DNA from: Lama glama
Taxonomy: Eukaryota
DNA length: 64,000 bases
Assembly: GCA_028534125.1 (NCBI GenBank)
Contig: CM052817.1
Span: 64,296,001 to 64,360,000, forward strand
Direction: 5' to 3'
Part shown: piece by piece, positions 13,925-24,702 of the stretch
How positions within the stretch are numbered: position 1 is the first letter of the stretch
Layout: each line of letters begins with the position of its first letter
Translations under genes and position numbers: made by a program
The notes under the pieces: generated by a model
The model's database searches: none
What the model was told of the DNA's origin: nothing
The model's input: only the letters and a program-made list of their open reading frames with translations

Positions 13925-16900
13925 TATTCACTTTACGCATGAGGAAACTAAAGCTCAAAGAGCTTAAGATGAGTTGGGCTAAAACAGTTAGAAGGTAAGG
14001 GAAGTGAGATTCAAACCCAGACTTTATGACGCTAAGCCTTACTGCCCTCCACTATTCAAAATCTTCTTACATAGAACACAGGGACTTCTGTAGGGCAAGA
14101 GGGGATAGGGGTGGGAAATAGGTCCTCCAGGCTTTCCTGGAGGTTATCAGCTCACTTGGGAAGGGAACAGGAACATACTAGGGGCTGGTGACTCTACCTA
14201 GCTCTAAAGACAAAGGTTCTCCTTTAGTTATATGTTTTAAAACCCGAATGGTGGAACAGAAGCCTGTTGTAGAAGGTAACACAGGGGTATCTCTATGTGG
14301 TGGGGGAGAGGTCTACTCCCATGTCTTTTGTAATATCCACCCTGCAAAATTTAAAGTTTTGTGTTAGAATGCATTCAGAATGGTGAAGAAAGTTTATATA
14401 TTAATACACAGTCGTTACTTCCTGAAATCACTTGCAGAGGTATGCAATAAAATAACTTTCCATATAAAAAATGACCTCTATCCATCTGTGCCTTTAAACT
14501 AGCTAACATGTCACATATGATTAAAAGAAAGTAAGCTGTATTAAGAAACTAAAAAGAATGTGGTTGGCAGCCTCTTCATTTTGATTATGTATTGGACTCA
14601 AGAATCAACTAGTAACGGCAGAAAATTACTATTAACCAAAGAGGGCCTTTCTTTTCAGCACGAGTGAGCAAGCTTATTAATTTATTAACATACGTGAACA
14701 AATGGCTTGCTTGACCCCAAGGAGACACAGAGGTTCAGCACCTGCAGGTCTTTCAGTCTCGCTGTGCTCAACGGGAACCAGCAGGACAGCAGACTCTGGC
14801 CTCAGGTTTCTTAGCTCAGGCCACTAAGCAGTCCTTGTCGGACTGGGGAACCCTCTCCCCTGGCAGGGAGCTCTCAGTTCCCCATGAGAAGCCCCCATCC
14901 TCACCATCATGTTCCTCTTCAAGGGGTGAAAGGCACAGGTGGTGCTTATTCACACTAACAGAAAAGTCTGAACCATTCAATTTAAAAGGATCACCCACTT
15001 AACACACCACTTGTTTAAATCTTTGGATGACTGCCCAACGCCCACAAGATGTCACCCTACACAACTCCGGGGACCAAGCTCCATGTCTGTCCCAGGGAAC
15101 TGTGCGGCCTACAACCTGTGTCGCTATGGGTAGCAGCACCCTCAGGGGAAGGAGGTCACTCCCACAGATACTTCCCCATCAAAGTCCACTTCCCGATCCA
15201 TGAATTCTTTTTTTTTTTAAACATAACCCATGAATCCCCAGATTCTCGCAGTCATCACAGATCTCAATTGATGGCTGCAGGAAGTTAATAATTTTCACAT
15301 ATCATTAAATGAATGAAAAACAGTATTTATTTATTTCATGCTGGAAACAACAGGAGTGGGGTTTCTACATCTTATCTTGTGTATTTGAGCCTTGAGAGCC
15401 CTCTCTCCGTCTAGAATCTTAATGTCTGGCCCGATTACCATGTAGACATATTATTCCTCTGATGAGGAAAGAAGCAAGTATCTATTGCAGATAACTGGCA
15501 AATACATTTTTACAGCTATATTTTTAAAAACACACTCACAAAACAATGTTCTGAACAAATGTTCTTATTTAGCTTTCATCAGCTGCACCACTGTCAATTA
15601 TAAACGCTTCTCTAAATTGCCTATAACAGCTTAGAGGTGATCTCAGTGTCATTCTCCAGTAGGCTGGTTAACTGATTGTTTGAAAATAATTCATTCCACA
15701 AGTATCAAAAAGCAAACAAAGTCTCTTCCCTAGTCCAGTGCAGCAGAGCCAGGCGGCTTCTAAGACGAACTGTCCCTGCTCCTTCTTAGCTCTGGTCCAC
15801 CGCTGCCTTGGCCTGGACTTGCCCATTTCTCTCCCTTCAGGGCCAGATGTCTGCCCATCTCTGCACCCAGCCCTGTCTGTGCCCTCTGAGGCTGCCGAGG
15901 CTCCCAATGTTCTGGGCTCTCCTCCACTGCCACCAATAATCATGGACCCTGTTGCTTGACACTCAAAATCAGCCCCTCATGTGTCAGCTCTACAACTTAC
16001 CTCACTCAGGGCGCAACAGTGCCTGCTAAGACGCGTTGGTCTCCCTCGGTTCCCTGGTGTCACACTGGCCAGTGGCACCGTGATGAAGTGCCTGAGAAGC
16101 CCCCATCAGGTCGCGGAAATCTGAGCTCCGAGGAGCCACCCACCCTCGCCTTCCTAACTACATCCTTTGTAGGTGAGGCCCAGGTGATTATGCTCTAAAC
16201 AGGACACATCTGAACACATTTAATTGGCTACGCACTCAACGGGTACACAGCACACCTGTGTCTGCTCCCCTCCTTCCAAGGTAACACACTCACCTCAGTA
16301 CTGTTTCATGGAAGCTGGCCGAAGACTCGAGACTCCTGGCATTATCGGCAGCATGGGCGTCAGCCCTCCTCTCCCCAAAGTCCACAGAGGTGGCTCTGAG
16401 GGGCCCCGGAGGGAGGTGCACGTGCTGCTTTACGTCGGGGTCACAGCTGTGCAGCCTGTGCCTCGGGAACCTGCTGCTTCATAGTAAGAAGCTAGATTGC
16501 TCTTTGTCCCAGGGAGAGACGTTACCTCACCCTTCAGGGTTGCTGCCACAAACACAACCCTAAGGGACAGTCCAGGTGAACAGCATTTTTGGCACAGCTG
16601 GCAAGACGTGGAGAAGCACAAGAGACCCACAGAGAACTGTCTCCAAACAAACTGTGTACATTCCTCAGTTTAGATGGTGGCCCTGATGGGGTTCATGGTC
16701 TCAACAACCCCCCCCCCCACATGAGCCACCTACACGCTTCATGCCGTGAGTTACAAAGCAGCAGCACTATGCCGCTCCCTGGAAAGGTACTTTGAAACAC
16801 CCCATAATGCAGCTGCTCAGCGGCACGGTCTGGGATGCCCCCAAGCATCCCTCCGTCAATTCAGTGGCCTAACACCACCTCTGCTGCTTCTCCTCCACTT

Positions 16901-18859
16901 CTGGAGACTTACCTATATTTACAAACGCACAAATAATCAAAAAATAAACATATACACACATACCTATACACATCTATCTGTATAAAATCTACATGTATCT
17001 ATAGTGGACAGGATAGAGGCTGGTCTCAATCTGGGCAAAACTTTAGTTCCGGGGATCTTCCCCTGTACAGTTGAAGGAAGAGAAACCACTTTGCCATAGC
17101 TCAGAAAATGAAAAGCAACAAGTCCACTTGATAAACGCTCACACTCTGAAAGGCACTAACTTTGGGGAGGGACATTGCTTTCTTTTACTATAACATCACT
17201 GATTTTTCAGACTTCTGTTTCATTCCCATACAGTGAAGAACAATTTAAAATGCCAGATTCCTTAAAATTCAACAGCCCATAACACTGTAACAAAAACTTG
17301 TGACTCTAAATATAAATTTAATTAGAAAATTTATAATTACAATTATATATTAATAAACCACATTTCATAAACACACCTCCTTGTGCATAACAAATTTTTG
17401 CAGAAGGGCCCAGATGGATGCTAACCTTGTTCCTAAGCTGAGAAAATTACTTTAGTTTCAACTAACTTAATTCAATTAATAATTACTGGATATCTGCTAA
17501 TTATTAGGCATATTTCTTTATGTTATTTTATTGGAACTATAATGTTCTGCATATACTACCATTAAAAAAACAAACAGGTAGGTACGTGGCCTCAAAATGA
17601 CCCTATAGGCAATACATGAGAAATGCTGGCATTTGTGATAAAGCCACAGAGGGCTGATCAGGTCGTGGCAGGAATGGCCATGGAGAACAGCTGCAGCTGT
17701 GAGAGGAGAAAGCAGGGTCCAGGAGACTGGGGAACGGAGCAGCTGCCCCAGGGAGAAAACTACACTCTCAGATCCAGCTGTCAAAGGAAAGCATGGAGAT
17801 ACAAACTCCTCCAGTAGGTGAAGGACAAAAAGAAACAAAATTTGGCGTGAGTGAAAAGTGCTAATATACAGAGTGCAATTCCCTAGTAAGGAAAAGTTGA
17901 CATTCCTGGATTCTGACATCACCTCTCCTAGGTAATAATGAATCAAAAGCCTGCACCTGTCCTGAGTAGGTATCCCTTCCACACCCGACTCCAATATCAG
18001 CATTCACGGGGCACTCACCACCCCCAACCCCCTCGTCAAGCTTTACGCATGCTTCATCTCACTGAATCATTACAATTATCCTTATGGGTGGGCACTACCG
18101 TTACCCACTTTCTGCCCAAAAGAAACAGTTCAGAGTGATGACATAACTCTTCACAGTCACACAGCTTGAAAGTACCAAAGCCAGTATTTGAACCCAAGAA
18201 GTCTCACTTTTAATGACTATCTTAAATACCGCAATATTCTCTGCCTAGCTTGGATGGGGGAGGGGGGCTGGGGAGGGAGGAGAGAAAAAGAAATGTACCT
18301 TTTAAAAAATATATATCACCTCGTACTATTTGGAGCACATCAGTACAAAACAAATAACAAAATCCATGGGTATCTGCGTCCAGTAATGAAAAAACAAAAA
18401 CAAAAACAAACAAACCCCCCCCAAAAACCCAAATAGGTCACAAGCGAATTCATAGGTTAAGTTCATCACACGGAATCACCAAACACCTAATAGCTTAAAT
18501 GAAACATTAACAATATTAGAAATGACAAAGAACTTCAAATAATACCTATGCCATCAAGCTTAATCTGTTCAATACAAAACCTTACGTGCAATTTAACTGG
18601 AGGCCTTTGCGTCTCTGGTAACTTAAAAGCCACATACGGAATCGATACGAAGCAGGAGTTTTTGAGTCTACTCATTCCAAAGCGCAAGAGTAATGAGTAA
18701 CAAATAATCCGAATACTCACTTAACATAAAGTCAGGTTGATGTTAATCAAAATGACTGAGTCAAAACTGTTTAGTAGAACCAAACGAGTAGAACCAAACG
18801 GAGTCAAAGCTCTGGGTCTTGGAAACCTGGGCAATTCAGCAAGTACACAGCCTACAGAC

Positions 18860-19090
18860 AGCAGAGACCAAATGCCGGCTTCAGCCTCGATCAACGTTTA
18901 AGCAGCAAACAGGTAGATACCTTCTCCACCGCGCTCAGCACCACGTCAAATCCTCAAAGCCTCTAGCGGTCGGCTCCGCACGCCCCGCCCGCTCCGCACG
19001 CTCCGCCCGCGCACCGAGCGCAGAACGTCCCGCCCACGGAGACGGTCCGCGCCGAGAGCACCAGCTGTCCCTGCTTTACCAATTGGGGGT
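18860..19090. promoter_or_regulatory. Small intronic CpG island (candidate alternative promoter or enhancer)
   Basis: Abrupt CpG-rich patch with three CCGCCC boxes, CAGCTG at 19062-19067 and CCAATTGG at 19079-19086. An AP-1 site TGAGTCA lies nearby at 18757-18763. Confidence 0.65.
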
Positions 19091-19397
19091 TTTGCAGAGA
19101 AGTTTCCATTGGGGGGAGGGGGGAGGAGTCCACTATTAAGAGGGGAAAAAGGGGGAGAAAAGGTGGTAAAAACTAGAGGCCTAAAAGATTTTTAAGGTCT
19201 CAACATGGAAGTCGAGATTTTATCAAGACGGCAAAAGACCAATTAGAGGATAGTTCCAATACCTGAGCACTAAAAAGACTCTCCAAAGAAGACTCAAATG
19301 TGTGCGCGGCCATTCCTGTTCCGAATAATTCCAACCTTCTGTGCTTTCATCAGCAGGTTAACCTTTTTAAAGAGTGAGCAACAGATTTTGTTACCTC

Positions 19398-19403
<6 letters not shown>

Positions 19404-19431
<28 letters not shown>
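19404..19431. repeat. A28 homopolymer
   Basis: Read directly from the sequence. Confidence 0.95.
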
Positions 19432-19435
<4 letters not shown>

Positions 19436-19712
19436 TGTTCTCAACTCTGGAATTAACTTCACAGGAAAAAAGGGGGTGGGGCGGGATTCAACAGAAAGGA
19501 CGCTTAAAATTTTAAAACTGCATTTTAAAAGGTTCTTAGCAATAATTAATGACTTGTTGGGGCCTCCAGCTAAGATACAGTAATTTTGTAGTTCAAAGAG
19601 TTTATTTTCTAGTTTTCATCTAAAAACCAAAAACAAACCAACCAACCAAATACAAACAAGCAAACAAAAACAAGAATGGCGTTTTTTCTTGTTTAGATAC
19701 AATATTTAATTT

Positions 19713-19805
19713 AAATCTTACTTTTTTGTCAACTGGAAAGACATCCGGGGGAAAGCCTGAATGATCTATATCGCTGGCTCAAATGCTAACCTCCACAACT
19801 GAAAG
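19713..19805. repeat. Local duplicated 93-bp element, copy A (exon-like on minus strand, 19722-19798)
   Basis: About 82% identical to 22757-22849 by manual alignment. Confidence 0.88.
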
Positions 19806-19825
19806 GCTATGTACTGATTATATAT

Positions 19826-19978
19826 TTTTTTAATTTTTAAAATTTATTTATGTATTTATTTTGGTGGGAGGCGGTAATTAAGTTTATTTATTTATTTTTA
19901 GAGGTGGTACTGGGGATGGAACCCAGGACCTTGTGCATGGTGAGCATGCTCTCTACCACTTGAGCTATACCCTCCCCC
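19826..19978 (-). mobile_element. Vic-1-like SINE
   Basis: Reverse-complement tRNA-Ala-like body with perfect TSD ctgattatatat (19814-19825 and 19979-19990). Confidence 0.93.
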
Positions 19979-21417
19979 CTGATTATATATACTTTAAAAA
20001 TTCAAGGATATATATCAGTTTTAAATGGAATATATGTATTTTACAAAATATAAAAGCTATTCCAATCCTCTTTTTAGTGACACCAATTCTTTCATTTCTA
20101 AAATACTGATTCTGTATCTTTAAAAAAAATGAGTAAAACATTATTTTCAAACTTACACAATTATTTCAGACCCTGACTAGACAGCAACTTTAAAATTCTT
20201 AAAGCAGACAGTAGGAATATTAGGTATTAAATCTTGCAGACCAGGGAAAAAAGTTAAAGTGCCACATATAATAATATCATCTAGCCACTCCATTCAGTTT
20301 ATTCTTTCAGAAACCAACAAAGCTAAAAAGAACTGGTACCAAAATACACAATACTTTCTCTAAGATTCCAGTGATGACATTTAAAAAAAAAAACAAAACT
20401 AAGTAGCATTTCTCACATGAGTTGTCATGTGGGCTGTTTCTGCACATCCTTGAACTCGCAGGGTACCAACAATGAAACGGGTATTCAGAAAGTTGCCAGC
20501 TACATTTTTCTGTCCAAGTAAAGGTCATGTTAAAAAACATTTAAAGCTAAGAGCCTAGGTTTTGGGGTTTTGTTTTTCAGTTACTTAAAGCTTTAACACC
20601 TTCTTTTAAAAGTATAGGGTTTTTCAAATGCCCAACACAGATTTATTGATTTTGGGGGAGTTGTGTGAAATTGATGTTTATTTACAAGGTATTTGTTCTG
20701 TATGTTGAAACACTTATTCTAAATGTTATCCTGAGGGGGATAAATACTGGTAAAGTCAGAAGAAATGCTTAAAAGCTAGTGATGGAAAAGCACACTTTTC
20801 CTTTGCAAAGTTAAGTAACCGGGGTTTGCTAAATCCAGATCATTGTAACTACCACTGAAACTCTAAAGTGGGCTGTTTGTTTTGGGGTGTTTGCTGCTCT
20901 CAGCATTTGACTAAGTCTCTACTTTTAATGTAACTGAACCAAGAGAAATTACTGGGATTGTGTAGAATTTCTTTTCCTTAAAAAAAGGTATGTTAAAGTT
21001 GCTGTATTGTTTTTACAATAGAAAAGTATAAAGAAAGTACCCTATTCTAAAAAATGCAATCAAATAAATTCATTCCAAATTGAACATAATAGTAACTTGA
21101 AGGAAGAAGAGACAGAGGAGAAGAAACCCACGGAGATAGATTTCCTAAGTATTTAAGGTTGACTTTCTGTTTGCCTGAAATCCAACTTCCCAAAGCAGTT
21201 TCCTTTTTACACCTACAGTGTAACTACTCACTTGGCGCTAGGGTTAGCAACTTTTCAGAAATGGGGGTACCCCTCTTTCTTCCCAATAGGAAATAGAACC
21301 TGGAGTAGGGGAAAATTTTAACACATCCTCCCAAACATTTTACCTCAAGAGAGTCATCCATCTGGCTAACAGATTTCAGCTTATAAATGCAGGTCTTCCT
21401 GCAAATTACTTAAAAGC

Positions 21418-21700
21418 AGTGTTCCCCAAAGTGAGACTCCCTGGTGACCTGGGGTGCCAGAGGAGACAATTTTAGAATACAGCATTAAGTCATCTTGAAT
21501 GAGAAAGTCATTTCCTTTTCAACTCTCTTTTAATCCTCTGGTCTAATCAAGGAGAAAGTCTCCATCTGATGCCAGGGTGTTGAACACTTTGTACACTTGT
21601 TAACCTCCACTGTAACAAAGGAAATGAGCTCCTCCGACCCGGGGCTGCCAGCAGGCACCCGTGGCTACCTAGAAGTTAACAAGCCATAAGGTTGTTGTTG
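21418..21700. mobile_element. hAT-Charlie-like DNA transposon relic
   Basis: Begins with the Charlie-type terminus cagtgttccccaaagtg. The subfamily and right boundary are uncertain. Confidence 0.45.
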
Positions 21701-21777
21701 CAAGCATTTGAATAGTGATATTTTTTAAGTTTCATTTTTAAATAAACGTGTTGAAGGTTTAAAAACAGAATCGATTT

Positions 21778-21916
21778 GGGGGGAGGGTAGAGCTCACTGG
21801 TAGAGCTCATGCTTAGCAGGCACAAAGTCCTGGGTTCAATCCCCAGTACCTCCAATAAAAAAACAAACAAACAAACAAACCTGATTACCTTCCCCCAATC
21901 CATCAAAAACAAAAAC
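21778..21916 (+). mobile_element. Vic-1-like SINE
   Basis: tRNA-Ala-like body, (caaa)n linker, aaacctgattaccttcccc motif and A-rich tail. Confidence 0.92.
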
Positions 21917-21964
21917 AAAACCGGAGTAGATTTAAAAGAAAAGAGTAAGTTTGAAATGGTCTAG

Positions 21965-22120
21965 ATCCTTGCAACTCAAAATGAGTTCAGTGGACCAGTA
22001 GCACCAGCCTCACCTGGGAGCATGTTAATGTAACAGATCTTCAGCCCCTCTCAAATCTACTGCATCAGAAACTGCATTTTAAACAAGATCCCCACATGAG
22101 TTAAAATTTGAGAAACTCTA
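21965..22120. mobile_element. MER5A-like hAT MITE
   Basis: ggaccagtagcaccagcctcacctgggag...atcagaaactgcattttaaacaagatcccca...tttgagaaac. Confidence 0.75.
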
Positions 22121-22756
22121 GGGTGGTACAAAAGTTTGTCCAAAACCATGCAGGCAGTTTGCAAATGACTGAGTTTTGGGATTCGCTGCTTTGGATCATC
22201 AGGTGGCCATCCTCCAGGCACTCACTGAAATCAGCTAGTGGAGGTCAGAAGGACAAGGAGGAAACTCCAGTGCTTTCCTGCTGGGAGTCACAAACCGTCA
22301 GTGGATTGTGAGGTCAGTGAGTGAATCTAAACCAGTAGTGTTGGGGGGTGTTGTGGGTAAGGTAAAATGACTTTAAATATGCTCTTATAATATCCTGTCA
22401 TGTGACACAGATCATCTTTTTTACTAATGAATATTATAGTAAAAATTCTACTTAACCCTCTCCTTCATCCCTCCACTTCCCTCTTCGAAGGCCAGGGCTT
22501 TCTGCACACCTTCAGCATGGGAATGAGTGCCCAGGCTCCTCACACCTACTAAATTAGCATGTCCTGGCCTTTTCTCCCAGGGCTAAGCCCAGTCAGAGAG
22601 AGAATTATGCTTGGAAATAAAACACCTGGGTCTGCTGCATCAGGTGGCAGTCCTGGACGCAAAAGAGCACAGCTCTTGGTGCATATGCCAGTGATGCTTC
22701 AAAGGAGAAGCCAGGCAGACCAAGATGGGTGGCCAATGATCCAGCAGTTCAGGCCA

Positions 22757-22849
22757 AAATTTTACGTCTTCGTCAACTGGACAGACATCCAAGGGGAAAG
22801 CCTGAACGATCTGTATAGCTGACTCAGTGTTCACCTTCACAGCTGAAAG
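22757..22849. repeat. Local duplicated 93-bp element, copy B (exon-like on minus strand, 22766-22842)
   Basis: About 82% identical to 19713-19805 by manual alignment. Confidence 0.88.
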
Positions 22850-22996
22850 AACATGTCAGAAATACAGCGTAAAACAATGACCAAAATATGCAGGGCTTAT
22901 GATACCTTAAAAGCTAAAAATGTAGCATTACAGCCATCTAGATATTTCCAGAATATCTAGATTTAACAGATTTTAATAAAGTGTTCCTTTTCTTTA

Positions 22997-23120
22997 AGGA
23001 TCTTTTTTTGGGGGGGCGTAATTAGGTTTATTTATTTATTTATAATGGAGGTACTGGGGATTGAACCCAGGTCCTAGTGCATGCCAAGCATGTGCTCTAC
23101 CACTGAGCTCTACCCTCCCC
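22997..23120 (-). mobile_element. Vic-1-like SINE
   Basis: gtaattaggtttattt...ggaggtactggggattgaacccagg...ctctaccactgagctctaccctcccc. Confidence 0.92.
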
Positions 23121-24576
23121 ACTACAGTGTTTCTACTTCTCCCAGGTGTTAGGCCTAACACCAGAGTTCAACATCAGAAACTCAACTTCCCAGTACAAAA
23201 CACTAATGTGAGACAGTCTGGTTTTACCAAGAAAATGAAGAGTGACTCTGAGGGGTAAAGAAGAATGGGGAAATTAACGACAAACAATAGACTCGAATTC
23301 ATGGTCTGGTATCCATGATAAGAATTACATGCCATTCATTACAATGAAAAGAACATTGTGAACACTTGTTAGATCTTTTTTCCCTTTAGTTATTTTGAGA
23401 ATGTACTTATGTAGGCAGAACATTACAGAGAACAAAAAAATATAAGTTACAATGGGAGATTATTTTAATGGTTTTAAAAGAAGTCAAGAAAAACCCAAAT
23501 GAAATTACAGGTGTGGAGGAAAATAGAGGAATAATTGCTAATACCTGTTGATTATTCCAAGCAGTTTATACATATGAACTCCTCCAATCCTCCTGACTCT
23601 GAGATAGATGTTAGGTCTTAATACTACTGTTAAGAGCATCAGTACTACTACAGAGAGTGCTGTTTTGCAGATGAGGAGACAACCTCAAGGTGAGTAGGTA
23701 GCCTGTCTAAGGACACAAGCCTGGGAGTGGCACTGAGTAAAAATCCAGACGCACTCCAACTCCGAACCCCTTAACACCAGGCTCTTCCACCTGCCTTCCA
23801 CCAGAGCACTAGAGCGCCCAACTGAGGATGAACCTTTTATCACCCTCTAATGCTGGACCCTGTAAAGAATCTTCCAAGAGCTCAACGACTGGAATCTTCA
23901 AAGGTTAAGGGGCTGCACTATATTGACTCGACTATACCTTAAAACAGGAAAACTAAGTTTTGGCATTAAATGCTTCAAGAGTGATTAGAACTACTTACTC
24001 ACTTGGCAAAATTAAGTTTTAAGGCTGCTTCGGGGGAAATATTAACAGTTGAGGGAAATTTTTGTTGGAAGCAAAACATTATACTTTGAGAAATGCGTAA
24101 GTCAAGTATTCCTCTTTTATTAGGACTACTTAATTAAGTACCAACCATTAAAATAGCTGGCCTGAATATTTATTAGAGCACCAGCTGTTCCCTCCAGATT
24201 TTTAGAAATTCAAGACTTGGTGCCAAGTATAATTTAGAAAAAAAAAATTTCAACAAGTAAAAAGAGCCCTATGTCTTGCAATACTTATCCAAATAGTAAA
24301 TAGTAGCTGGAAGAGGTATGGAACATCACTGTGCCTTTTCAATGAGAAGAGCCAAAATGTTTTGCCCACCATGTCCAAATACTATTTTGTTATTAAGGTT
24401 GGTGATTATATTATTTAAAAATTACACCTTACATTTCATGATTAACATTCGTTTATGTACATACAGATAATATCACAGTGCTAACCACCAGGTTGGTACG
24501 CCATTCTGGGTGTGTTTGTTTAGAAATGCTGATAACTATGCCCCAGTAAAAATATCTCTGAGAAATAATTGAGGGG

Positions 24577-24702
24577 TTTTTTTTTTTTGGTGGGGGGTGG
24601 TAATTAGGTTTATTTATTTATTTAACTGGACATACTGGGAATTGAACCTAGGACCTTATGCATGCTAGGCATGCACTCTACCACCAAGCTATAGCCTCCC
24701 CC
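24577..24702 (-). mobile_element. Vic-1-like SINE
   Basis: Poly-T, ggtaattaggtttattt motif and a reverse-complement tRNA-like body. Confidence 0.9.

Noticed and set aside
19713..19805. Twin element as a C/D or H/ACA snoRNA or miRNA hairpin
   Set aside because: No proper RUGAUGA/CUGA box pair with terminal stem, and no long hairpin evident by eye on the host strand. An Infernal/Rfam scan would settle it.
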